Of a DNA stretch of 64,000 nt, positions 29,116-42,600 are shown one piece after another. Position 1 is the first letter of the stretch; each line of letters opens with the position of its first letter. The stretch comes from Rebecca billardiae RCC1528 (taxonomy: Eukaryota > Protista > Haptophyta): positions 558,001 through 622,000 of the forward strand of contig OZ251240.1 in the NCBI GenBank assembly GCA_965240325.2, given 5' to 3'. The notes beneath the pieces are model-generated. The model was not told where the DNA came from. It searched no databases and saw only the letters and a program-made list of their open reading frames with translations. Both the position numbers and the translations under genes were made by a program.

Positions 29116-30849
29116 ATGGCGGGCGTCGGCCTCGTGGACATCCTGCCGTGTGGCCAGGCGTACGTGGACGGGCGGCCGAGCGTGCGCGCGGGCCTCGGCC
29201 CGCGGCTGGGCGCGCTGTCCGACGTGCTCCTGCTGCAGCTGCTCGGCCGGCTCGACCCGGTCGAGCTCGCCCTGCTCGGCCGCGCGTGCCGGTGCATGCA
29301 CGCGTTTGCGAGCGTGGACGAGCTGTGGAAGGCGCACGTGCTCGAGGCGGTGGGCGGCGCGTTCGAGTACGACGTGAGCTGGAAGCGCACGTACATTGCG
29401 TGCGTCGCCCGCCGCCCGCCGCCGCCGCTCGCTCCGGCGCCCACCACGCCGCGCCCCGCGCTCTACTCGGACACGCTCTTCAGGCCGCGCCACTGCGCGA
29501 CGCTGCGGATCCCGGCGTGGTGGGTGCGCGCGGGCGCGGGCTCGACGGCGGTGGAGCGCGTGCGTGCGGGTGAGCTGAGCGCGGCCGAGTTCGTGCGCCG
29601 CTTCGACGCGCCCGCGCGCCCCGTCCTCATCGAGGGCCTCGCCGCGCACTGGCCGGCCGCGCAGCGGTGGAGCCGCGCCTCGCTGCTGCGTCGGTTCGGT
29701 GCGCGCCGCTTTGTGGTGGGCGAGATGCAGATGCGGCTGTCGAGCTTCTTCGCGTACTGCGACGGCGCGCGTGACGACCCGCCTCTGTACCTCTTCGACA
29801 AGCACTTCGCCGCCACCGCCCCCGAGCTCGCCGCCGAGTACGAGCGCGCGCCCTCCCCCTTCCCTGAGGACCTGTTCGAGTGCGCGCTCGGCGAGGCCGC
29901 GCGGCCCGACTGGCGCTGGCTGATTCTGGGCGGCGCGCGCTCGGGCAGCACGTGGCACGTCGACCCGAACCGGACGAGCGCGTGGAACGCGGTGGTGCGC
30001 GGGAGCAAGAAGTGGCTCCTCACGCCGCCCGACACGCCGCCCCCCGCGGTCAACGCCTCCGCGGACGGCGCGATGATCGAGGCGCCGGTATCTGTGGTCG
30101 AGTGGTTTGATTCCTTCCTCGCGCCCGCGCGCCGCGAGCTGGGCGGCGCGCTCTTCGAGGCGCACGCGCGCGCGGGCGACGTGCTCTTCGTGCCGCGCGG
30201 CTGGTGGCACACCGCGCTCAACCTCGAGGAGACCGTCGCCCTCACGCACAACTTCGTCAGCGCCGCCGGCCTCGCCGACACCCTGAGCGTGATCACGCCC
30301 GAGCGCGCGCACGACCTCGTGTCAGGCGTGCCGCGCGAGCGGCGCGCGCAGCTGCACGGCGCCTTCGTCGACGGGCTGCGCGCGACCCGGCCGGAGGCGC
30401 TCGCGGCGGCGGAGCGCGCGCTGGCCTCCGCGCAGGCAAGCGGGCCCGCGCGCGCGACCAAGCGCGCCGCGCCCGCGCCCTCGCTCTGGGCGCGCGTCAC
30501 CCGGCGGCCGGTGGCGCCGCATGACGAGGCCGAGCAAGGCGGCGCCAAGCCGAGCGCCGGCGCCGCTGCCACGCGGCCCTCGGCCGCGCGCTCGGCGCGG
30601 CGCGTGGGTGAGGCAGGGCAGGCGGGCGACGTCACGGCGCTGGCCCACGCGCCAGCCGCCGAGGATGCTGCGCCCGCCCCTCCGCACGCAGCGCACACCG
30701 CCTCGGAGGCTGCTCTGCCTCATCTGGCAGCCTCGTCGCACGGCGCTGAGCCAACGGTGCGGCTGGACGGCGGCGGCGCCGCCAAGCGCGCGCGGCAGGC
30801 ACCGCCGCCCGGGCAGCAGCACTTTGCCTTCGGCTTCAGCTTTGCCTAG
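29116..30849 (+). CDS. F-box + JmjC domain protein (JMJD6-like / plant F-box-JmjC type)
   Basis: F-box LGALSDVLLLQLLGRLDPVELALLGRACR. JmjC motifs PLYLFDK, DWRWLILGGARSGSTWHVDPNRTSAWN and GDVLFVPRGWWHTALNLE. Confidence 0.92.
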   Translation: MAGVGLVDILPCGQAYVDGRPSVRAGLGPRLGALSDVLLLQLLGRLDPVELALLGRACRCMHAFASVDELWKAHVLEAVGGAFEYDVSWKRTYIACVARRPPPPLAPAPTTPRPALYSDTLFRPRHCATLRIPAWWVRAGAGSTAVERVRAGELSAAEFVRRFDAPARPVLIEGLAAHWPAAQRWSRASLLRRFGARRFVVGEMQMRLSSFFAYCDGARDDPPLYLFDKHFAATAPELAAEYERAPSPFPEDLFECALGEAARPDWRWLILGGARSGSTWHVDPNRTSAWNAVVRGSKKWLLTPPDTPPPAVNASADGAMIEAPVSVVEWFDSFLAPARRELGGALFEAHARAGDVLFVPRGWWHTALNLEETVALTHNFVSAAGLADTLSVITPERAHDLVSGVPRERRAQLHGAFVDGLRATRPEALAAAERALASAQASGPARATKRAAPAPSLWARVTRRPVAPHDEAEQGGAKPSAGAAATRPSAARSARRVGEAGQAGDVTALAHAPAAEDAAPAPPHAAHTASEAALPHLAASSHGAEPTVRLDGGGAAKRARQAPPPGQQHFAFGFSFA

Positions 30850-31361
30850 TAGCGGCGGCGCATCGATCGGAGTGCTAGATTGCTGCTACTCACGTTCAAC
30901 CTGGCGGCTGCTACTGCTACTACTCTATAGCTGCGCTATGCTGCTCCCGGGCACAGCGCCGTGCGCGGTGGGCGCGGCTCGCGCTGCTGGCAGTGTCGCA
31001 CTCCCCGACCCCGCGGTTCCGACTCCCCGGGTGACTCCCCCAGTCCCCCGGCCGGGATGGCACGCCACGCCCGCGAGCCCGAGCCCGCCTCGGAGCAGCC
31101 CGAGGCAGAGTCCGGAGTCAGAGTCATCAGGACTGCTGCCCGTGACAGTGTGTACCGCGGTGTAGACCTGTCGCCGCTGCCCGAACCGACTACCGAGGCC
31201 GGTGACGAGAGCCGCCGCGCTGATGCCACAGTCCGCCAGCCCCTGCTGCCACGGCGCCCGACGCCCTGGCAGCCTGGGCAGGCTGCCAGGCCCTGGCTCG
31301 TGCCGTGCGACCTGAGACTGCGCACTCGCGCCCTCGGTGCTTCGGGCGCCAGTCAAGTCAG

Positions 31362-33015
<1,654 letters not shown>

Positions 33016-33134
33016 GGTTGATTGCGCGGACGTCGTCGAGAAGGTGCGCGAGCTCGCCGAGCGCTGGTGTTCCGGTGGCCGCAACCCATCATGGCTGCCG
33101 TTCGCGCTACTGTATTGTACAAGTAACGGACACA

Positions 33135-33827
33135 ATGATGGACTCCGACGAGGATGTCCTCGACCTGGGCGCCCAGGAGCCCAGCGGCGCGCTGGAGTCG
33201 CACTACTGGGCGGCCGTGTACGAGGGGGACACCACGACAATCGGCCAATTCCTCCTCGGCGACGCGGACAACGACCCTGAGCCAGGGTTCACGCTCGAGC
33301 TTGTCGACGCGCGCGGGCTGCCCACGTTCCACAGGCTGGCCGTGATCGGCCTGCACACACCGATGCGCTTCTTGCTCGAGGCGGCGGGCGCGGATGTGAA
33401 TCAGCGCGAGCCCACCTACGGGCAGACCGGAATGCACATGGCCGCCACCAAGGGCCACGTCGACGTCGTCCAGATGCTGCTCGACAGCGGCGCCGACCCC
33501 TTCGCAGCGGACACCGCTGGCGGCTGGACGCCACTGCACGCCGCCGCGCGCGCGGGGCAGGACGAGGTGATCGCGGTGCTGCTCGACAACTCCCCGCCCG
33601 AGCTAGTAAACGTACGCGCGCTCTCCCTCGACACCGCCCTCCACCGCGCCGCGTACTGGGGCCGGCTGTCGACGGTGCGGCTCCTGATGGAGCGAGGCGC
33701 GGACCGCTTCATGCTCAACGCGGACGGGCACGACGCCGTGGGCGTGGCCTGCAAGGGCCCGACTGCGGACATGAGCGGGCTCGCGACGATCCGATCGGAG
33801 CTGCTTCTCAACAAGCCGGCCGCGTGA
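33135..33827 (+). CDS. Ankyrin repeat protein
   Basis: GQTGMHMAATKGHVDVVQMLLDSGAD, GWTPLHAAARAG, DTALHRAAYWG. Confidence 0.9.
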   Translation: MMDSDEDVLDLGAQEPSGALESHYWAAVYEGDTTTIGQFLLGDADNDPEPGFTLELVDARGLPTFHRLAVIGLHTPMRFLLEAAGADVNQREPTYGQTGMHMAATKGHVDVVQMLLDSGADPFAADTAGGWTPLHAAARAGQDEVIAVLLDNSPPELVNVRALSLDTALHRAAYWGRLSTVRLLMERGADRFMLNADGHDAVGVACKGPTADMSGLATIRSELLLNKPAA

Positions 33828-34034
33828 CGTCGGCTGCCGCCCGGAGGTAGCCTCTGCCGCACCTGATCGGACTGGGCGACTATAGCGGCGCGCAGCTTGC
33901 GTCCGGGGCAGCGGAGTCGGAAATCGGAATCCGCCTCATGGCTCGCAGCCGCGTTGCAGATTCAACGAATGACCGATTACCGCGACTGCGCCTGCGGCAG
34001 GCGCCATGCCCACCATGAGCTGCGTGCCGCAGTT

Positions 34035-34552
34035 CCAGTGACAGCAGGGCGCGGCGCAGACGATGTCAGCCTATGTACTGCATAGTGCCAGAGTGAGAGT
34101 TCCCGTGGAACTCCCGCCGACGCCGACCGGAGGGCTCCGTGACGCCGACAACGGTCCGAGAAATAAATATAACGTTGATAGACAATCTTGAGCAGTCGTG
34201 AGTAAAGACTGAATAATAAGACACTATAGTCCTAGACAGACACTAGACAGTTCGGAAGTGACGACTAGACTCGCGCCAGTCGTTGCGCATCCGCCGCCAG
34301 TGACAGCAGGGCGCGGCGCGCTGAGATGTCAGCCGCAATGTACTCTGCCTAGTGCCAGTTTAACAACCCGACGCCGACGAGCCGGACGACGAGGGCTCCG
34401 TGACAACGGTCGGAGACCGAGACATAAATAACGTTGACAAGAGTCGTCGTGAGTAAAGACTGAATAAGACACTGCTATAGTCCTAGACAGACTCACTAGA
34501 CAGTTCGGAAGTGCCGACTAGACTCGCGCCAGTCGGCGTTGCGCATCCGCCG
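34035..34552. repeat. Diverged tandem duplication of about 260 bp (34035-34296 / 34297-34552)
   Basis: Both units start CCAGTGACAGCAGGGCGCGGCGC and share GTGAGTAAAGACTGAATAA, CACTAGACAGTTCGGAAGTG and CGACTAGACTCGCGCCAGTCG. Confidence 0.9.
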
Positions 34553-35468
34553 CCGCCGCGCCAGCGGCAGCATCGCCATCATCGGCGCACTATCCAGTGA
34601 CTACCAGGACTTACTAGTTACTGCTAGCTAGTAGTAGTGACTAGTGTCCGGCGGACTCGCGTAGTGGCTGTGCAGTGCCAGCCGTAAGCCCACTACCGTC
34701 TACCGAGCTCTATAATATTATTATTATAGAACTATGCCGTCACGGAGTGCGCATGACTGTGATGCAGATGACATGAGGGGGCAGCAGATGATTGATGTCG
34801 ATGAGTGGCAGATTGAGATTTGCGAGTAGTAGGCGCTGATTCGACTGCGCATATGATTCTGATGGCCAACATCTCAACGGTCAGTACTCAGTCTCCGTCC
34901 ACGGCCGAGCCCGAGCCCGGCTGTCGTCGTCGATCGAGACTCGAGAGTACGGGCTACGGCGCCCGGCTCAGAGTTGTAAGAGTAGTCGCGTGGAATCTGT
35001 AGACTGTAGCAGTCGGTAGCAGTCTAACCGCCGCGGCGCGGCCCGGGTAGGTGGCGGCGGTACATGCAAGTCAAAGGCCGTATCCACGGGCGCGCACGCA
35101 TGGTGGTGGTGTGCCCTCTCAGCGGCAAACATCTGCCATCGCCGACTGGCGATTGATTGCCTTAGCACGTGGGTGGCGGGCGTCCTGACTCTGCGCGGCC
35201 GCACGTGGCTCGTGCCAAGTCGTGATTGCGCCTTTGCGGTGTCGACAGCCGCCTCGAGCGCAACGCGAAGCGATGACGCCGTGTGATGAGCAGCAGTCGT
35301 CCGAGTCGTAGGTCGCGTCGTGCGTGGGGAGTACAGCGACGACGAGCCGGCGCCCACCGACACGGCCGGTGTGGGTCGTGCCCAGCCCGAGCCGTCCCAC
35401 CACCGCCCGGGCCAGGCCCCCAGGCCCCCAGGGTGAGGGTCCGGCCGAGTCCAGAGCCGAGGCTCGGC

Positions 35469-36512
35469 TCAGGTGGGCGAGTGCGAGCGCTCCATGTGCG
35501 CGTGGAACTGGCGGATGAGCTCGATGTACCCGAGCGGCGCGACCGACGGGCGCACCGCGCGCATCCGGCGGTAGATCTCCTCGATGTCCGCGGGCAGGTG
35601 CGTGTGGCCGAGCGCGTAATGTCTGTACAGGTAGAAGCACGCGACCACCGCGGGCGCGCGGTGCAGCCCGGCGAGGCAGTGCACGACGACGCTGCCCTTC
35701 TGCAGGCTGGCCCACATCGCCGCCACCACGTCCGTGAGCACGTTGATCACCACCGTCGGGTGCGAGCCGTACAGCTTGTGCACCGGCTGGAACACGATGG
35801 CCGGCTTGGCCGAGCCGACGCGGTACTTTCCCGGACGGTTCGCCGTCTGGTCCTGGTGGCAGTTGACGATGAGCGAGAGGTGGTTGAAGATGGGGGGCAT
35901 GGTCTGCCCGCCGCGCGCGAGCGTCGCCTCGTCCGCCAGCATCACCCGCTGCGTGCGGCCGAGCGTCAGGTCGTCGATCACCGAGTAGTTGCAGTACAGA
36001 GACATGGGCGGGCAGAGCGCGAGTTCAGCCGGGTCGGCGCCCGCCGCGACCGCGTCGGCGTGCTGCTGCGCCACTTGGCGCGCGGCCACGGCGCTCGCCG
36101 CGGCGCTGGTGCGCAGCTCCGCCGCCGGCGTGGCGCGCAGGACGTACGCCGCGCCCGGGCCCATCCGCTTCACCTCCTCCTCCGTCAGCGTCACGAGCGG
36201 CTGTTGCATCGCCTCGCGGCCGTCCTTGGCCCAGCGCTGCGCGAGCTCGGAGAGGTCGATGTACTCGTGCCGGCCGAGCGTGTCCATGCGGTGCTGGACG
36301 ATCAGCCGCTTCCCCGCCACATCCGCGGGGAAGCCGCTGAGCACCACGTCCATCAGCGGGCGCGACTTTGCGGACGGGTCCGCTTCGGCGCCGTTCACTT
36401 TCTTGAGCACGCCCTTCCACGAGTCGGCCTGGAGCGGGCGCTGGAGCAGCAGCATGTCGAGCGAGGCGTGCTCCTCGAATTGGACGATCATCGGCTCGTC
36501 GACGCTCGTCAT
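35469..36512 (-). CDS. Dual-specificity (PTP-like) phosphatase
   Basis: Catalytic loop VVVHCLAGLHRAPAVVACF (HCx5R), LSLIVNC, and IYRRMRAVRPSVAP. Confidence 0.85.
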   Translation of the reverse strand: MTSVDEPMIVQFEEHASLDMLLLQRPLQADSWKGVLKKVNGAEADPSAKSRPLMDVVLSGFPADVAGKRLIVQHRMDTLGRHEYIDLSELAQRWAKDGREAMQQPLVTLTEEEVKRMGPGAAYVLRATPAAELRTSAAASAVAARQVAQQHADAVAAGADPAELALCPPMSLYCNYSVIDDLTLGRTQRVMLADEATLARGGQTMPPIFNHLSLIVNCHQDQTANRPGKYRVGSAKPAIVFQPVHKLYGSHPTVVINVLTDVVAAMWASLQKGSVVVHCLAGLHRAPAVVACFYLYRHYALGHTHLPADIEEIYRRMRAVRPSVAPLGYIELIRQFHAHMERSHSPT

Positions 36513-36868
36513 CGCGGCCGGCGCGTGCGGTGGCGCGGCTTGGCGTGCGGCACGGGCGCGGGGCCAAGATGCAGAGCGAGGGCTGGCGCTCCACCCACCC
36601 TGCTTGCTCACTGCTGGACCAGTGACAACGTCGCGCGGCTGCGCGCGTGCCGCGCGGCGGGCGGGTCGCAAAGGTTGAAAGGAGGCTCCGCCCTCCCTCG
36701 TCCGGGGTTTCAGCAAGACAGTCCGGGATGCCCAGAATCTTGAAACGCATTGTAGGAGTTGTCTTTCAATCAGGCGACGGGTCCGCCAGCCATCGTGCAT
36801 CTTTCGGCGGCGGCTGCACGCTGCAGCGCCGGTGGTGCGCGAGCCGCCAGCCCCGCCCTCCCGGCGCG

Positions 36869-38403
36869 ATGCTGGAAGGCATGTACGCGCGCGATGTGCC
36901 TGCCCTCTCCATGCCGCCCGAGGAGCTCGTCAACTTTGTCCTCAAAATGCTCCGCACGGGCGAGGGCAGCCCGGCGAGCGCGCGCAGCGCGGGCACGCCG
37001 CGCACGCAGCTCTTCCGCAACGAGCTGCCCAGCCTCACGCCGCCGCGCGACGTGTGGCTCGACCCGGGCGCGAGCAGCCGCTCCGCCACGCCCGACCTCT
37101 CCGAGCCCGACTTCTCCGCCGTGCACGAGGCAACTGGGCTGAGACTCGCCTCGCTGCGGCTGGAGCCCACGCGCGCGCACGGCTCGCCGAGCTGGATGGA
37201 GGACGAGCTGGACGGCAGCATGCGGCTGCTCACGCCGACGGCGCGATCGTACGCCGACGGCCGCTCCATCGCCGCCTCCGTCGCCTCCGCCGAGGCGCGC
37301 TCGCGCCGCGGCGTGTCGCGCGCGCCGCCGCCCGCCAAAGCGGCCGCTCCGCCGCCGCGCCTGCACACGCCGCTGGCCGCGTCGCCCGCGCTGCGTCGAA
37401 TGGGCAGCGGCGGCTCCGGCTCGAGCCCGGGCCTCTCTCGCGCACGCTCGTCCGCGCGCTCGCCCGCGCGCTCGCCCGCGCGCTCCGCGTACGCGCGCAC
37501 GCCCCAGCACGGCGCGCGGGGCGCGGGCAGCCCAGCCGGCGCGGACGGCAGCGGAGGGCGCGAATCGCCGGCGTCGGTGCGCGCAAGGCTGCTCGCGGGT
37601 GACCTGCGGCTCAGCCTCGCTGCCGACGACGGGGACGGCCTCGGCGTCAGCCCCGCCGCGGCTCGCGCCCGCCGTGCGGGTGGCGGCGGCGGCGGCGGCG
37701 CGCGCGGGCAGCAGCTGTCTCCGGAGCGCCTCGCTCCGTGGGGCGCCGCCGCCGAGCCGCTCTCGCCGAGCTGGGACAAGTGGACGCAGACGGGGCTCTC
37801 GGACGACAAGTGGACGCAGACGGGCGACGCGCCCACGCGCCGCGCCGCGCGCCCGTCCGCCCGCGCCGCGCCGAGCGTGCCCAGCCGTGGCGGCGCGCAC
37901 GACGGCACCGCCGCCGACGAGGGCGGCTTCGGAGTCGACAGCGGCGGCTTCGCCTTCGGCGCGTCGACGCAGGTCGAGGCGGGCGGGTTTGGCGGCGGCG
38001 AGAGCCCCACGCCAGCCGCGCTGCCCGTCCCCGCCGCCGCCCAGCCCTTCGTCCCCGGCATCGAGCCCCCGGACGCCTGGCCGCGCGGCGGCTCGCCGCC
38101 CGCGCGCGCGCGCCGCGCAAGCGGCTCGATGCGCCGCCGCCAGGCGGCCAAGCCGCCCTCGCCCCCGCCTGCGGCAGCGGAGCCCGGGGGTGCGGAAGCG
38201 CCGCTGCTTGTGCAGGTGCCGCACTCGCCCATGCCTCCGCCCTTCACGCCGCAGCCCGGCCCGCAGCCCAGCGGCTTGGGCGCGGACGCGGCGCGCGGCG
38301 CGGCGCGCGAGGGCGAGGGCGGCACGGCGCGCGGGCGCACTGGGCGCGCCTCCGCCGAGGCTGGGGGCGCCCAGCCGGCGACGCCGGCCCCGCGCACTCC
38401 CGT

Positions 38404-38441
<38 letters not shown>

Positions 38442-39573
38442 TGCCGCCGGGCTCTCCGGCGGCGCAGCGCGCAGCGCAGGCCGCTGCCGGCCGCGCGGGC
38501 CCGGCAGCGGAGGGCGGCGAGGCCGGGCGCGCGCCGGGCGCGGGCGGCCCCTCCTACACGCTGCGCCCTGCGCCCTCGCCCACGCCGATGCGCGGGGCGG
38601 ACGCATCGCGCGCCGCGCCGGAGCACGACGCGCCCGCGCGCACGCCCAGCGGCGCGCGCGGCGGCGCGACGCTCGGCCTCCCTGAGCCCACCGGCGGCTG
38701 CGGCGCGGCGCTGCGGCCCGCGGCGGGCAGGGCGGGTGCGGACGGCGGCGCTGGCGGTGCTGGCGGCGCGGGTGCGGGTGCGGCGGCGGCGCTGCGCCCT
38801 CGGCCCGACGAGCCCGCGCCAACGGACAGCGGCGCGCCCCGTCGACGGCCCAGCGGCGCCGCGGGCCCTGCCGATGCGATGCAGCCGTCATCTGCAGCCT
38901 CGCTGCGCGCGCGCGCGGACAGCTCGGCACGGGACGGTGGCGGCGCGGGCCAGGGCGGCGGTGCGGCAGCGGCGGTCGCGTCGCTGCGGCCCCGGCCCGA
39001 CGATGCGCCGCATGGCGCCGGCGCCGCCGCCCGCCCGGGGCACGGCGGCGCCGCTGCGGCCGGTGAGGGCGGCGGCGCTGCAGCAGGGTCGTCTGTGCTG
39101 CGGCCCCGCCCCTCGAGCCCCCAGCGAGCGGAGGGCGGCATGGCGGCCGACTGCGGCGGGCCGTCGGCGGCGGCCGCCGCTGCGGCGGCGCTCAAGCCCC
39201 GGGCTGATGCCGCGCCGACGGACGGCTCCGCCGCCCGGCTGGGCGCGGCCGGCGCGGCCGGCGCCGAGCCCAGTGCGGCGGCAGCGGCAGCGGGCCTGCG
39301 CAAGCCTCGGGCCGAGTCTCCGGCTGATGGCGCGCCGCAGGACGGCGGCGCCGCTCGGCTGGGCCGGCGTGCGGCTGCTGGCGCGGACGGTGCGGACGGC
39401 ACCACGGGCTCCGAGTGCGCCGCCGCCGCTGCCGGGCTGCGGCCGAGCGCGGGCGCCGCCCGGCACGGCGCGGGTCAGGGCGAGGGCGGCAGCGGAGGCA
39501 CCGAGCTGGCGGGGGCCGCGGCCGCGCTCAAGCCGAGGCGGGCGAGCGGCGGCCTGGCGAAGGAGGAGGCAGC

Positions 39574-39607
<34 letters not shown>

Positions 39608-42600
39608 GCGCAGCCGCCTGAGCCGCTGCAGCAGCAGCCCTCGTCGCCCGCTGCCGCCGCGGGCGCCGCCGCGCTGCCGAGCACCTTACGCACCGCGCGG
39701 GGCGAGGAGGGCAGCGCGGCGGCCGATGCTCGCGCGGCGGGCGGGCGCGCGGCGAGAGGGGCCGCGCACGACGAGCCCGCGCCGCTGGGCTCGGCGCCTG
39801 GCGCGCCGGGCGCGCACGGCCGCGCCGCCGCTCTGCGCGCGACCGACGGTGAGGGCGCGCGCGCGCATGAGCCGGGAGCGCGCTCGCAGCAGCCGGCTGC
39901 GCCTGCGCCGAGTGGCGGTGGCGAGCAGGCCGGGGGCGCAGAGGGCGCCGCGTCGGCGCAGCTGCGGCCGGGTGGCAGCGGCGAGCGCGGCGCGCGGCGC
40001 AGCGCGCACATGGCCGAGTTTGACGAGGCCTCTGCGCTCGAGGCGGCGCGCGCCGTGCTCAGAGCGCAGAGGCGCGAGAGTATCGCCGCGCAGGAGGAGG
40101 CGGCGGCGGCGGCGGCGGCGGTCGCGGCGGTGGACGGGGAGGCGGACGGGGAGGGCGATCGCGCTGCCGACGGCGTGCGCGGCGCGGAGGGCGGTGCGCT
40201 GGGCGCGGCGGCAGGGCTGCCGCACGGCGACGACGACGCCCGCTCAGCCGGCGGCGCGGGTGAAGGAGCTTCAGCTGCGGCCGTCAGACAGTCCTCGCCG
40301 CAGTCACCCTCGCAGCCGTCGCCCTCGGCGCAGCACGCGGACGAAGGGGCGTCGCGCCGCGCCACGCCGGGTGACGGGCCTGCGGGCGGAGGCTTGCAGC
40401 TCGGCGGCGCCGACGGCGTCGGAGGCGGCGGCGGCGGCGGCGGCGCGGAGCTTGTTGGCACGGACGGGAGTGGTGGCGGCGCGGACGCAGAGGGCGGGGA
40501 CGGTCGCGCCGGGCTCGGCGGCAGCGCGGCTGGCAGCGTCGGCGGCAGCGACGGGAGCGTTGGCGGTGGCGCTGGCGGCGCGGCTGCCGACGAGGGCAGC
40601 GGCAGCACTGCCAGCCTCGGCGGCGGCGGCGCAGCCGGCGGCGGCACCCAGGGCCCCGCCGCCACCGCCGCCGCCGCCGCAGCGGACGGGCGGGATGGCG
40701 GCGGCGACGGCGGCGGAGCGGGCGCACTGGCCGCGGCTGCCCTGCGCCCCTCGCCGCGCGAGACTGACCCGCGCCGCCCCGCCGCCGCCGAGCCCGGCGC
40801 GGGCGGCGGGTCGGACGCGCTGGCGCGCGCAGCGCTCGCGCAGCTGCGGCCTCGGCGGCTCAGCGAGGGCGGGGCGGAGGCGGAGGCGGGCGGGGCGCGG
40901 GGCGCGGGCGGCGCGGGCGGCGGCGGTGGCGCAGGCGGCGGCGGGAGCGACGGCGCGGCCGCGCGCGCGGGGGGCGAGCCCGCCGCCGCCTCGGTGCCAG
41001 CGCGCGCGCCCTCGGCCGCCGCGCCGCCGCCCGACTCCCCCGAGGCTGTGTGCGCGCGCGCGGAGGCGGCCCGCCACGCAGAGGCGGCGGCACGGCGCAG
41101 CACGGCGGGCGCGGGCGGCGGCGATGCGCCGGGCGGCGCGGCGTGGCGGCTGCCGCCGTCAGACAAGGAGGCGGCCGCCGTCGCCGCGCGCGCCGAGGCG
41201 GCCGCGCTCGCGCAGGCTGCTGTCGAGCGCCGCCACCGCGCGTCGACGGGCACCCCGGCGGCGGCGGCGGCGGCGGCGGTGGCGGGGGCACCAGCCTTGG
41301 GCCGACATGAGCTCGCGGCGGGCGCGCCCGCGGGCGCGGGCGGGCGCGGCGGTGCTGAGGGTGTGCAGGCGCAGCACGGCGCGGCCGGCGCGGCTTTGGG
41401 GCGTGCGGCCGGCGGCGGCGGCGGCGGCGGCGCTGCCCAGGCGCCGCCGAGCGCCGCCGCCGCCGCGAGCGCCGCCGCAGCCGCCACCCCCGCAGGCGGC
41501 GGCGCCGACGCGTTGGCCGCACCGGCGCCGCAACCGAGCGACGCCGCTCAGAACTCGGCGGCGGCGGAGAGCGCTGGCGACGGCGGGGCCTCAGAGCTGG
41601 GGCCAGGCGGCGCCCTGCCGAGTGCGGACGCGGCGGGCGGGAGCGGCGCGCCGGGCGCGGCACCGCCGGGCGGCCACAGCGGTGCGGTGCGTGCAAGCAC
41701 TCCGGAGGGCGGCGCCTCCGCAGCAGCGGGCGCGGGCAAGGGTCATGCCGGCGGCGCGGCGCCGGACGACGGCGCTGGCACCGCCGCTGCCGACGCCGAG
41801 GGCGGCGCGGCGGCGGCCCTCGCGGCGGAGCGCGCTGCCGCCGGCGGCGCGGCCTTGCCTGCCGCCAGCGGCGCGGGTGCGGACGGTAGCGGCGTTGGGA
41901 CCGCGGCCAGTCAGGCCGCCGAGGGTGGCGCCAGCCCCGCAGACGGCGGCGCGGGTCCGGGCGGCGGCGGCGGCGCCGGCGGCGGCCTCGCAGCGGGCGG
42001 CAGCGGCGCGCCGGGCGTCGGCGGCGTCGGCGGCGAGCGCGGGCCGCCATCTGCCCGCAGCTCACGTGCTGGCAGCAGCAGCAGCAGCGGTGGGGGTGGT
42101 GGTGGTGGACGCTCCAGTGGAGACGGCGCAGGCAGCGGCTCTGAGCACGCTCGCGGCGTGCGCGGCGAGGCGGCGGGCTCGGCGGCGGCGGGTGGCGGCG
42201 CGGGGGGTTGCGCCGAGTCAGCCGCCGCCGCCGCCGCCGCGACTTGCGCCGCGGCCGCCGCCACTCCCGCCAGCACCGCCGCCGCGACACCGCAACCGCC
42301 CACGTGCGGCGCGGCCGGCGTGTCGGCTGACAGCTCGGCGGCGGCGGCGGGCGTCACCCCGCCCCCACCGCCCAGCAGTGCGGCGGTCGGCGGCGGCGCT
42401 GACGGCGGCGGGGGGGGGCTCGCCGCCCGTGCCGAGGCCGCACCCATCGGCGCGGCCCGCCCTCCGGCCACGCTCGGCGCCGGGGCCGCGGCCGGCCGCG
42501 CGTGCTCGGACGCAGCCGCGCCCCTGAGCGCGCCGCCCGGCTGTGCCGGTGCGGCCGCGCCGAGTGAGGGCGAGGGTGGCGGAGGGCGCGGCCGGCCGGC

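Noticed and set aside
29031-29447. Upstream extension of the EsV-1-7 ORF to 29447
   Set aside because: It overlaps the F-box/JmjC CDS in antisense and has no protein-like features.
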